A stretch of DNA of 63,992 nucleotides, filler included, from Reticulomyxa filosa (taxonomy: Eukaryota > Protista > Foraminifera): assembly GCA_000512085.1 (NCBI GenBank). It is 13 parts of 13 records of this genome, joined end to end, with 100 filler letters (N's around TTAATTAATTAA, not from the genome) between each part and the next. Parts side by side here need not be neighbours in the genome. Positions count along the whole stretch, not along the records: positions 1 to 8,949 come from ASPP01004551.1; positions 9,050 to 12,183 come from ASPP01009230.1; 11 more parts are not named here. One strand, 5' to 3'. Of the stretch, positions 1 through 12,283 are shown piece after piece (within the stretch, counting starts at the first letter, position 1; each line of letters starts with the position of its first letter). The position numbers were made by a program, and so were the translations under genes. The notes under the pieces were generated by a model. The model was not told where the DNA came from and made no database searches. It saw nothing but the letters and a program-made list of their open reading frames with translations.

Positions 1-15
1 TAAAAAAAAAAAAAG

Positions 16-1509
16 GTTTGGAGTTGGTAAGTATGAATTTGGACTCGACACAACATCCACAATATTTTGTCCCTGACAAAGAGTGGGACATGGACGAAAA
101 TCTATCCAAAATGGAGTTAAGTGTGACCGTCATTGTCGACGCGGATACTGCGGGTAAGAATGCAATGGACAATGACGACGAAAAGGCTCCTCCTGCAGTG
201 GATCGTATGACGTCACATACACCGACAGAGTCTGCAGCTCAGGACGTAGATATGTCGACGCCCCCAGTGGTTGCGCGCAAGTCCAAACGGTCGCTCACTC
301 ATGAAATAAGCGAGGACGAAACACTCTATCTCCAGCGCATGGCAGGTCTACCTCAGCCGAATGCAGCACGAACAAACAACGACGGCATCCCTATTGAAAT
401 GGAGCTTCAAGCGCAAGAAACGGACGGACTGCCGGAAAAGTTTTGGGATTATTGCGAGGAATGGACACCACGTTTTGAAGGGGTTCAACAATATTTATTA
501 CAGGTAAAATCTTTTTTGTTTTTTTTTTAGAAAGAGAGAGATACGATGGGATGATGGTGTAATCGCAATAGGGCTTTTTGAGACCACAATTTGAAGAATT
601 GTGCCTGAAAGTAATTAAGGACGCACTAGTGACAAAAATGGACAATATCATGGACAGAAGTAACTTACGACCATGCTTGGCGTTGATTGCTATCCTCCCT
701 TTTGTCTGCTATCACAGTCGTCGCTCTCCGGAAAAACTAACGGACTTGCCCTTGCTGCTGTTGCGACTACAAAAGATTTTGAGTGGCACTAGCAAAAAAT
801 GGGATTATCAACTCGAAGAGTTTGCAAAAGGCGGTGCGTTAATTGAGGAAGATCTTCTGCTAAAAAAAATTTGTCCTATTTTTGTTGAGCAGTTCTTTAA
901 TCCTTATGCCAAAATTATTGCCAATTATTTGAACGGATTGTTGGAGTCACCTGGAATGGAACATTATTATCCAACCATTTACAGGATTACTCGCTATTTA
1001 TTGGAATATGGAATCGATTTTCTATTGTGTTTCGAAACAATCATTGTGAAGGCTCACAAGGTCGTATCTGGTGGCACCATTTCGCAGGATGTATCCGATG
1101 CCGCAACCGAGTTGGTAAAGATTGCTATTGAACATGTAAAATCAAACAAGGGGCAACGATTTTCATACGATTTCATTGATGTGTCACCATTTCCTGAAGC
1201 CGGATTGAAGTTTATCTTTGTTTATGTTTTTATTTTCAGAATTGCCAAAAAATAACAAAACTAAAAAGAAATTTTTTTTTTTTTAAAAAAAAAAAAAGGC
1301 AAGTAAGTCGCCGACTCTGGCAAATCATGGTTCAGTGTCCAATCATGGCAGATGTTACAAATCGAACTAAAGAACGGGAGAGCCTTGAGCATGTGCTAGA
1401 AAAAAAAAAATCGATCGACAGATTTGCAAAAGAAGTCGGTGGTCATATCCAGAATCGGAGTAGCGGTATTACTGAAAAGATAATTATTCATAGCGTCTCA
1501 CTGGAGTGA
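16..1509 (+). CDS. Furry/MOR2/Tao3-like cell morphogenesis protein, C-terminal part (5' truncated; introns 504-571 and 1210-1298)
   Basis: Spliced join gives PRFEGVQQYLLQ|GFLRPQFEELCLKVI...LALIAILPF, matching the MOR2-PAG1 C-terminal signature (FxGLQxLLLKGL...LLALLPW). Both GT-AG introns keep the frame; stop at 1509. Confidence 0.7.
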
Positions 1510-1842
1510 AACCAAAAATATCAACCTGGCAGTAATGAATATAAACTGAGAAATAAAAAAAATAATATGAGAGATCATTCTCTGATGAGAACCCTCTCTG
1601 TTGGTATGTAATTCGTTCAATTATTGTTTTTTTTTTTGAAAGATGCTTATGATTTACGCATTCATTTAGAAAACTGTCATAAGTTGCTTCATTTTTACTA
1701 TCATATTTTCACAGAAAAATATTATCATTTTTTGTCAGTTGAAATGTAGAAAAATGAAAAAAGTGTGATGTGTCATGTTTTATTAAACTTTCACGAAAAT
1801 AAGATCAGTTTTTTTTTTAAAGATAGTAAGGGAAAAATGATA

Positions 1843-3229
1843 CTATCCCCAAACATGAATAGGGCCTTTTCCGGAACCATAACACATGCCAATATCACAG
1901 CAACGGCCATTGTTTCTCTTGCTTTTCTTTTCTTTTTTTAATTGCAGAAATTTAATGCAAAATATTCCCCAATCTTCTTCATAATCTCCATAGAGTATAC
2001 TCAATCTCTTATCTGACCGAACATCACAAAAACGAATTGTATTATCCAATGATCCAGAACATATCACATTTGAATTACCAATCTCTTTATTATTTACTAC
2101 AAATGGTGAATATTCAACACACATCACAGTACCTCTATGCCCTTCGAATAGTTGAATTTGTTGACCAGATCGAACATCCCACAAACGAACACTTGCATCA
2201 TATGATCCCGATAATATTGTATTTGTACCACCACTAACTCCTAATTCATCTGATCCATACTTTATATCTTTCACTCCAAGTGCATGTCCTTTGAAAACAA
2301 GTAATTTTTTGGTTGTTTCAACATCCCATACACAAATATTTTTATCGCGTGAACCAGAACAAATTGTATATCCACTACCACCAATCACACCAATGCTATT
2401 ATTTTCATTACTATTGCTTTGCAGTGGTGAAAATCCCGCACATGAAACACTATCTCCATGTCCATAGAAATAATGCAATGTTTTGGATGTTTCTACATCC
2501 CACAAACAAATAGTACAATCACCAGATCCAGAACACAAATATCTACCACCATTAAATGATGAGAATCCAATGCAATTAACGCTGTTAGTGTGCCCATTGA
2601 ATATTTGAAATTGTTTGTTATCTTTAACATCCCAAAAATAAATTTTTTTGTCAATTGACGAAGAACAAATAACATTACGACGATGGTTATGATAATGATA
2701 TGGTGAAAATTTCACACAACATACATTATTTGAATATGTGAATGACTGAATTTGTTTATTGGTCTCTATATCCCATATACGAACTGTTTTATCATCTGAT
2801 CCAGAACAAAGGAATTGAACAGAATTGAATATTGAATGGTCGATACTGTTCACACATCCAGTGTGTCCATGGAAGCCATTGGGTAATTTATATGATGAAT
2901 GAAATGTGTCAAATCTGAAGACGGAAATTGCCTGTGTTAAATTATGATAGTGAGTAATTATAAAAAATGAATATTCGAACATTTGATTGCTATTGAAGCA
3001 AAAAAAACATAACATATTTGGCCACAAGTTTGTTAAAATCATAAATCCATCCTACTTTGATGTTTGACGATCGGATCCAATGTTGAATAATTAATTGGAT
3101 CTCTTCATCTTCTGACTGACATCACAAATCACACAGTAAGTACAAGACACAAAAAAACTAAGGACATGAACTTAAGTTTACCAATACTGGCTGTGTCGAC
3201 GTTTGTTTTTCATTTTTAAAAAAAATCAT
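1843..3229 (-). CDS. WD40-repeat protein of a lineage-expanded family, with short N-terminal helical motif (3 exons, intact)
   Basis: MIFFKNEKQTSTQPVL|SEDEEIQLIIQHWIRSSNIKVGWIYDFNKLVAKY|AISVFRFD... followed by about 7 GH...SGSxDxTxRxWD repeats ending HVWG; both introns phase 0. Confidence 0.9.
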
Positions 3230-4028
3230 TCTTCAGCCTCTTTGTTTTTTCTCTTGAAAAAATCTTGCAACGTAAGAGGAAAAATCTGAACTCTGAAAGG
3301 CCACCTTTGACGGAAACACATAACCCAGATTTTTTCGGTGATAATTACTGTTTTAATCTATCATTAGAAGTATAGATTAGACACCAACAAAAGTGGATGA
3401 AAGGTTCAAAAATTTTGACATTGTTGAATTCTATCTTCACATCAAAGTAATTTTGACAGTCCTTCATCGAACTAGAGAAAACATTTTTCATTTTACAACA
3501 TTGAAGATGACTTTATGCAAAAGAATACCATGGCTGTCATTTGGATTTGTACGAGTTTGTAAGATACTATATAACTGAGATTAGAGTTATTTAGATTTGG
3601 TTTTCTTTTGTTAAAACCACGAAATTGATTTAGAAAGTGAATAAGATAACTGTAGATAATGTGAAATCACATGAACACAACAATTATTAAAATGTGTTAA
3701 AAGCAACTTATATTAATTTGTAAAGGGTGTGTTAAAATACCTGGCGTATTACTTTTTCTCTAAACTTTATTGATTAAATATTACGCTATTGTGTGGATAA
3801 ATTTGAATTTACAGATCATGCTATCTTTACGATCAAAAGCAAAACTAAATAAACAAGAATTTCATAAGATACAAGATATGTATGTAAATGCAATGACATC
3901 ATGAAATACCAAAAGTGAATGTTCAATGAAAAAAGAGAAATTCTTAAAATATGACGTGCCTTATTGGTAAAATTTAATTTTATCAAAAGAACCTGTCAAT
4001 CAGAAGATTTTTTTGTTAGAAAACGATA

Positions 4029-5426
4029 TTATCCCCAAATACGAATATGACTTCGTGAACCATAACACAGATTAATACCATAACCGTTATATTTACGTCT
4101 ATTTTTCTTTTTCAATTGTAGAAATTTAAGACAATATATTCCATCGCCTTCGTCACTTTCCTTAATCACATACAATTCCTTCTTATTTGATCGAATATCC
4201 CAAAAACGAATTGTTTTATCACTTGATCCAGAACATATTACATTTGACATCCCATTAACTTCGATATTATTTACTACAAATGGTGAATATTCAACTGCCC
4301 ATACACTATCTATATGTCCATTGAACACTTGAATTTCTTGACAAGAGCGAATGTCCCACAAACGAACACTGTAATCCATGGATCCTGATAATATTGTATT
4401 TGAACCACAGCACATTCCTGATTCATTTAATCCATATTTTACACTCCTCACTGTTCCTCCATGCCCTTCGAGTACAATCGATTGTTTGGTTGTTTCAATA
4501 TCCCATATACGAATAATTTTATCAAATGATCCAGAACAAATTGTATATCCATTACCGCCAACAACACCAATACTATTACTTTTATTATCATCCTTGTTGT
4601 TATTATTGCTTTGCAGTGGTGAAATATCAACACACCAAATACCATCTTCATGTCCATTGAAAACATGTAATGATTTGGATGTTTCAACATCCCATAAACG
4701 AATTGTTTTATCACCAGATACAGAACACAAATATCGACCACCATTGAACGGTGAAAATTCAATTCCGGTAACACATTCGGTGTGTCCTTTAAATATTTGT
4801 AATTTTTGATTATCTTCAACATCCCAAAAATAAACTTTTTTGTCAATTGACGAAGAACAAATAACATTACGACGATGGTTATGATAATGATATGGTGAAA
4901 ATTTTACACCATACACATCGCCTGGATGTATTAATGATTGAATTTGTTTGTTGGTTTCTATATCCCATATACGAACTGTTTTATCATCTGATCCAGAATA
5001 AAGGAATTGACTACTATCAATTGTTGAAAAGTCAATACTATTGATCCAATTTGTGTGTCTATGAAATGTCTTGAGTAATTTAAATGATGAACAAAACGAG
5101 TCAAACATGAAGGCGGTTGCCTGTGTAAATAGTTATAATGAACAATTATATCAAATAGATATTTTAACACTATGTTTGTCGTTAAATGAAAAACAAAAGC
5201 AAATTAACATAACGAAATTGACAACAAGTTTGTCAAAGTCATGTATCCATCCTAATTTAATGCCTAATGTTCGAATCCAATGTGTAATAATAATTTGAAT
5301 CTCTTCGTCTTCTGACTAATTCAATAACAAGCCAAGCGTAAAAGTTAATAACAATAGGCAAGACAAAAATGCAGCTTACCAATAATTGTTGTATTGTAGT
5401 TTGTTTTTCATTAATTGGAGGGTCAT
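4029..5426 (-). CDS. WD40-repeat protein, tandem paralog of 1843-3229 (exon 1 out of frame by 1 nt: sequencing error or incipient pseudogene)
   Basis: Same exon structure (SEDEEIQIIITHWIRTLGIKLGWIHDFDKLVVNF|ATAFMFD) and a 359-aa WD40 ORF. The ATG at 5426 gives a 47-nt first exon, not in phase with exon 2. Confidence 0.85.
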
Positions 5427-5769
5427 TGTTTCAGAATCTTTTGAGGTGAGTTGATGATTTAAGAAGGAAAAAATGCCTAATCTTTTTTAGATCAAAATCA
5501 ACAAAGGTGTTAAAAGTATTTTGATAATACAGTAAATAGTACTATGCGTTTCCAAATGTTTTTGTAACTTAGATGAAAACAATGTGACGTTTGTTTATGT
5601 TTGAAAAACGGAGAACGAAACCAAACAATGAAAGAAAAACTTATTAACAACGTTTTTGCAATTGTCATATCAATTTTTTTCCTATGTTTGCTATAGGATG
5701 AAAAATCCAAATTAAAGAATTAACTGTTGAGTCAAAAGCATTCCAAAAAATCAACAATGAAAATTTAAA

Positions 5770-6621
5770 ACTGCAATTGATTGATATGAAAAATAATGTT
5801 ATTGAAGCAAATGAAGTCGTAAAAAAAGAATTTGAAAGTGATAAACATACATTTAAAATTATTTGGACTCCATTTCAACAATCAACAATACTTAGGAAAA
5901 CAAAAACAATACAAAATGCATTGGTAATAATGATTGCAGTCAGTGAATATATTGACAATGCTATATAGGCTAATCTTTCAAATGTGAAAGATGATGTTAA
6001 GAATTTCAACCAATTATTTTAACAAGATTGAATTATGAAATTGTATGCAATCCATTTCCAAAATGACAAAAAGTGAATTGGTGAGTTCATGAATCAAGTA
6101 AAAATCAGTTTCAAACTTCGAAATAACACTAATAAATATGATGGACTAATTATGATTATTTGGGACATGGAGAAAATGGAAATATGTTAATGGCGAGTGA
6201 TAGCAAACTGTATCAATCGATAGAATACGTTCATCATTTAATTGCCATGAAATGAAATCATTCAAATATTTACATAAAATTTTTGTCGTGTGAAAATATT
6301 CCAAAGGCTTATGAAATTATGAGAGGAGTAAATGAGATATCATATGGCCACAATGATGATGATTTTTTAACAATTTGGTCAACTACAAAAGGACATCTAG
6401 TTGCCAATTTATCATTGTTGGGTCAATGTATGAAAAATGTTGTCACATCAAAATATAAGAGTGGTTATCCATTCAAGCAAATGCTGCAAGATATTAGGAC
6501 AAAAATTCGCGACAATAAAAGTAGCGAATGGTATTGTGTAGAAAGTCAAGACACAACTGATTATGACATCGGTTTTCAACAAAGAAAAGTTGTAAAATCT
6601 TTGCAAGAAAGAAGTAATTAA
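5770..6621 (+). pseudogene. Caspase-like (peptidase C14 fold) pseudogene
   Basis: NALVIMIAVSEY ... YDGLIMII(C)GHGENGNMLMASD ... KIF---CR(G)ENIP ... FLTIWSTTKGH. In-frame TAG at 5966-5968, further stops, and several indels including one next to GHG (6163-6171) and one before TGT-CGT (6284-6289). Confidence 0.75.
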
Positions 6622-7583
6622 CTCCTCGGAGATTTGTTTTTTTTAAGTCCAGACGTCGGGAATACCTTACATTACTCAATTAAGTCTTTTGTTTGTTGTG
6701 ATCATCTTTCATGACCAATTGATTAAAAATAAAATAAAATGCAAAAAGTAATATTCCAACTTTTTGTTTGCTTAAGCTATCCTTATTTAAGTATTTTTTA
6801 TGAAAGGAAATAAATGCAAAATTTACTTATAAACATTTAAGATTGATTTTTCATCCTTTTATTAATTGAGGGAAGTCAATAAATTTTTTTGATTGAAACA
6901 TAGACACAAAATTTTTTTTCCATCTCATAAAACTTATTGCATTTTTGGAAAGTAATGCCAAATGAAAAGAATTTCTTTATGCGTAACAAAATTGAAGTAA
7001 GTTGATGCTAGACCGAAAATTTTTGTCCTTGTCTTGTTTTGTTCTATCATCAGATGTCAGATATAACAAAAGTTGTAATTTTGTTTCGTATTTAATGTTT
7101 CATCGTGGAGATGATCCAAAGTGAAACAAATCACGGTGATTAGACCGTAAATAAATGTTTCTTAAATTCAAATCATGCAAATATAATGTCCGCTGATAAT
7201 CCTTTTTTCAACAGTACAATCGGTATACATTGTTGAAAAAGAGTTTAAAATGCAAAATAAAATGATTGAAAAGAAACCAGAACTTCCTATTAGATGTCAA
7301 AATTATAATTCTAACTGCAGCATTTGATTTGAACTTATTTGTTCATATCACATATTTTTTGTTTTCTTGTTTTAATAGTGACCACCTTTCAATAACTTTA
7401 GTGTTTTTTTTTTGTAGGCGCAGCAGGACTTGTGGACACTTTCTTCAAAACGTGTTCCTTATTATTAAATTATCGCCTGTTAAAAGAAAAATTTGTGTGT
7501 TACTTCCTTATATAATAATCTCTCTTTGGTCGATCGTTTGTAAACTGAAAAAATACACCTTAGAAGTTCAAAAGTAAAACGAG

Positions 7584-8775
7584 ATGAAAAAAGAGGGCTA
7601 TGAAGTGCCACCTGGGAACGTCGGTACATATAAAAAAAATTTCATGTATGATGGGCTCACTGTGACAATTGAATAAAAAAAAAAAGGTTTTGTAAAAGGC
7701 TGTCAAGATTCGCCCAATATCGTCTCATGGATATTCACGGCCCTCGTATGGACATTGCTGATAATAAGAATAGTATGTGAAGCAGGGAAACATAAATTTT
7801 GTCACAAAACGTGTTCGTCTTCGACTTTGGCTGCAGTGGGACTACATTCGATTACGACTGTTCATTCCCATGCAATTGGAGCTCGTCATTGTCAACCACG
7901 GGGTTCATTTGGATCTTTCCCTTTATATTCTCGGTGATAGGTTATTACATCGAATTCTGTGTGTGCAGTCACTATGGACGGTACTTGAAAAACATTGTTG
8001 GAGACATGCAGACCATGCACAATCTGTTAACTACTTTGCGAAATGCAAAGACTACGTTTTCTTGGTTTATCGAATGCTATCACTATGAAACACGAAGTCG
8101 AGAAGGTTTTTATATTTGATATATATACATATATGTATGTATATATATATTTTTTATTTTTTATTTTTTTTTTGTAAATTTTCCAAAATTAGTTTCTTTT
8201 TTATATAAAAAAAAAAAATCGGAAAGTTGCTTATGATGACAATGGAGAAACCCGTTATCGAACGGAAACATATGAAGAAAAAGTAGTGACACATACAGCA
8301 ACGGAAATCTACCAACCAAGAGAAGTACGGATGCGTCCGACTCATACGACGGCTTGGACGAATATAACATAACAAAGTTGACTGTGCACAAGACAATGAA
8401 GTTTGCCAACATCGAAAACTCAAAATGATTGGAATGACAAACGTGCAGCATTTGTTGCGATAAATAAACAAGATATGTATCAAACAGTTACCGATAATAT
8501 CAATATCCCTGGTTATCGAGACAAGTTTTTGGTGCAATTAAAACAAGGTCTGTTTCCTCCTCTTTTTTTTTTTAAAAAGTCTTGCAATATGAGTATACGT
8601 ATCATTCAAACAAATGATTTCAAATAATAATAATAAAGGTCTTCGACCAATATGGCTACGGTATTCGGTGTATCTCTTTGCGACGATCTTCTTTTGCTCC
8701 CCTATGTTCCGATTATTTATGAACAGCAGAGTTGGGAAGAAATCGTATACAATTGTTAAGGCTATTTCGATTTAA
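7584..8775 (+). CDS. TMEM151-like membrane protein (at least 3 frameshifts: pseudogene or poor sequence)
   Basis: YYIEFC...YLKNI...LRNAKTTFSWFIECYHYETRSRE; EEKVVTHTATE; C-terminal PIWLRYSVYLFATIFFCSPMFRLFMNSRVGKKSYTIVKAISI*, all typical of the TMEM151 family. Frameshifts near 7800, 8330 and 8418. Confidence 0.7.
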
Positions 8776-8949
8776 ATAACTTATCTCTTGAAACGTGCAT
8801 ATAGAGAGGTCATAAATTGGCTTTGTCGACATATTGACCTTTTTTTTTTGATTTATCAAATGTATGTACACATCTGTACTGTGAAATTGTGCTGTGTTGT
8901 TTTTATCTCGTTTTCATATCGAAAAGAATCGTGTATGTGTCGTTAATTG

Positions 8950-9049
8950 NNNNNNNNNNNNNNNNNNNNNNNNNNNNNNNNNNNNNNNNNNNNTTAATTA
9001 ATTAANNNNNNNNNNNNNNNNNNNNNNNNNNNNNNNNNNNNNNNNNNNN
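8950..9049. other. Artificial contig linker N44-TTAATTAATTAA-N44
   Basis: Exact 100-bp spacer with six-frame stop cassette. Confidence 0.99.
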
Positions 9050-10372
9050 AAAAAAAAAAAAAGTGCAAACAGCCGATTTGCGTGGAAAAAAGAGAGTAAA
9101 TCGGCGTTGCTAAAATTCTTGCACGCTGATAATGCAACCGATGTGCGATACAAAAGAGAGGGTATTTATCACTACCATTCGATGGTGGTGTCATTGGACG
9201 CGTCCAAGAAGCGTCGCATTTATCATTTCAAAGAAAACGAAATCCTGGACAATGAAAGGCAGACGAACCACACTGAGACCTTCAACGATAACGACAACGA
9301 CAACGACGTGAATAACGTATACTGGAATGAAAACAAAAACGAATACTTCCATATTGATATATACTTATTTGACAGCCGATATTTCTTGAAAAATGATACC
9401 ACATATCCCTTGCTGGGACCCGATCAGTGGAAATGGTTCACTCATCGCATCCAGTCCCGCGCTCACATTGCTGATGTCAACGTATTTGTTAGTGGAATTC
9501 AAGTGCTTAGTAATTATAGAGGCTACGTTGGAGAACAATGGTTCTTTTTGTTGTTGTTGTTGTTTTTTTTTGGGAGGGGATAGTTTGGATTTTAAAAACA
9601 ATAATAATAAGAATAATAAAAAAATATATATGTACATACATATATTTATTATTTTATTATTTTTATTATTATTATTATTATATGTTGTTGTTGTTGTTGT
9701 GATTATAAAAAGGTCTCGCTATTCAAGACAAGAACGACAAAAATTATTAAATGTGCTAAGCCTAGTGAACAATCCGATTGTGATATCTGGGGACGTCCAT
9801 TTTGGAGAGATGCAGAAAGTCAGGTTATCTTGCTTGAATAACACACAGCAAACAAATGAGGTGTTTGAAGTCACCAGTAGTGGTATGACGCATTCTGTGC
9901 AAGATTTTCCTTATTTATTCTTTCAACTCCCGTTTCGATTGTGGCACGTTTTTGATCCTGATGGATACAGTATTGGGATTGAAAGCTCTTTCAACTTTGG
10001 TGAAATTGAAATACTTTTTTCGAAACAACAGGACACTCCTCATCAATTGCTATTGAAAGTGTTCAATCAACAAGGTCAAGTGTCTTTGCTACAATCGATC
10101 CTTGTTCCACATAAAAAGAACACTTTTGATCCTAAAGCTTCGTTATTGCTCCAATCCTCAGATATCCCTCCATGTGCAAGGTTATTGAAAACTATGGAAT
10201 CTGGAGAAAAAGACTTCACGTTTTTTGCTGTGTCGCTATTGGTCTTGTCGCTCTGCTCTGTAATTGCCTGCTCTTTTGCGGGGTCCCATGTTTTGTTTGT
10301 TATAGACTTGTCAGATTTTCTTTCAATGCAATGTCGTTTCGACGTGACAAACATAAAAAAAAAACGGAATAG
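9050..10372 (+). CDS. PhoD-like metallophosphatase with C-terminal hydrophobic segment (5' truncated)
   Basis: LFDSRYF, LLGPDQWKWF, VFVSGIQVL, EQW|SRY..ERQKLL, VISGDVHFGE, EVTSSGMTHS, NFGEIEI. Intron about 9541-9711. The C-terminus is ambiguous (possible frameshift near 10170; alternative stop 10421). Confidence 0.85.
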
Positions 10373-10842
10373 ATTTTTTCATTGTGTTTTTTTTTTTATA
10401 GTCACTTTCTTTCAAATTTAGCTTTTAGTTTCAATCAAAGTTTAGATAAGTTGTAGCGTAGGTTATTTTAACACAAAACAAATGACTTCCTTTTCATTAC
10501 ATTATTTGGAACATCAAAATTGATTTACTCGATTTTTTGTGTTAGATGTTTAATTCCCGTACATTCAGAACATCCACTTAAAACAATAAAAAGGAAAATG
10601 TCAAACATGACATTTTTAAATTAATTCAATACAATTAATTTATACAAGCATACCGTATTAATTCATGCAACTCTTTTTTGCTGCGTCTTTCAATACCACT
10701 TTTTCACAAAGGATTGTGCAAAAATTTTGTATATTTGCACGTTTTTAGTTTGAAACCTAACTTTTAGGCCTTTTTTTACTTGTTTTTGTTTTGTTTTCCC
10801 CAAATTCTGAATTATTAGATAATAAATCTTTGGTGAAATTTG

Positions 10843-12145
10843 ATGGATCCTCATATCAACGATTCGCAAGATATTTCTGTTCTTTCGACGAGGGAGTCCA
10901 ATGGAGGAAGTGCACATGAAGTGAAGCGAGCGGAGAAAAAGCGAAAAAAGTTGCGCGGAGTAGCAAGAAGAGCAGTGATATCACAATTTCCGTCCTCAAC
11001 GTCGACCCCCGATTTTCGAACCCTTCATCGAAAAATTGATGAAAGTGTGACACTGAGTCCGGAAGAAAAAAAAATTGTCGGACGTCCAGTAACGGTATAT
11101 GATTTATTGAAAGCAGACATCCCGTTTTCCACAAACAATTTTCCACTGTGTCCACACCCGCACCATTGTCTGCAAGTTGAGCTGCACACAACTATCTTTC
11201 ATAACACAAAGCAAATTAAATAAACTTTTTTTTTTTTTTTGGGATATATCATTTCAATCTTTTTTTTTTTTGTTCTCTCTATCTTTTTTTTTTTTTGGAC
11301 TGGTTGAAAAGAATGCATTTTTCAAAGGATTTTTGAGAACGTTTGCAGCGGGCTACTTCTTCAAAACGACGGTGACATTGGTGACCAAAATATTCGGTGG
11401 AAAAATCTTGGGAAAGAAAAAGTTGTTGGAGAAACTCGCGGCGATATATTTTGGTGAGGATGCCATTCGTTTCGCGTTATTTATAGGTTTGATGTCATTC
11501 ACGTACAAATCAATTTTATGTTCATTACGTCGGTATCGTAACAAGGACCCAGTCTATCACAAGACTTTTGCTGGCTTTCTTTGTGCTGCTTTTATTTTGT
11601 ATGTTTTTTTTGTTATTGCTATTGCTTTATCCCTTTCTCATCTTCCCTCCCCCTTTTTTTTTTTTTACTAACGAGTGTGTATGTATATACATATACGCAT
11701 ATATGGACTTACGAATACTACAGAGTAGACGACCCGAGCCGCCGTCGCTCGTTGGCATTATATTGTTTGGTTCGAAGTGTTGGAGATGTGCTACGATTAC
11801 TAATCGAACGCAAAGACATTCCCAACATTCCTCATGGCAACGTCATATCCTTTACACTTTCACAGCTGTTCATTATGTATGGTGCACTGTTGCGACCAGA
11901 AACTGTCGACCCAAAGTATTACAAATGGATCAAAAACGTCGGAGACTTACACGAAGAGTCGCTTCAAAAAGTGTTCCGTGGCCCCATTGGTGCCCCATTT
12001 GTGGAGTGCTCCCCATTATGGCACAAACATCCGTCATGTCTCGTTCACAACTGCACTGATTTCTTTTTGGCAATTGCTCGATCTAGTCGTGTTTACATCC
12101 CTGTCCATTTCTTGCCAGCGTTGCTGTTTTATCCGAAATCAGTTC
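10843..12145 (+). CDS. TMEM135: TMEM135-like peroxisomal/mitochondrial membrane protein (3' truncated)
   Basis: CPHPHHCLQ, IRFALFIG..TYKSILCSLRRYR, RRSLALYCLVR, HGNVISFTLSQLFIMY..LRPET, C..WH.HPSC, RVYIPVHFLPALL. Confidence 0.8.
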
Positions 12146-12182
<37 letters not shown>

Positions 12183-12183
12183 C

Positions 12184-12283
12184 NNNNNNNNNNNNNNNNN
12201 NNNNNNNNNNNNNNNNNNNNNNNNNNNTTAATTAATTAANNNNNNNNNNNNNNNNNNNNNNNNNNNNNNNNNNNNNNNNNNNN
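12184..12283. other. Artificial contig linker
   Basis: N44-TTAATTAATTAA-N44. Confidence 0.99.

Noticed and set aside
5966-6030. In-frame TAG/TAA suggesting stop-codon reassignment
   Set aside because: Conserved genes in the window end at TAA, TAG and TGA normally and have no internal stops; these stops co-occur with indels, indicating pseudogenisation.
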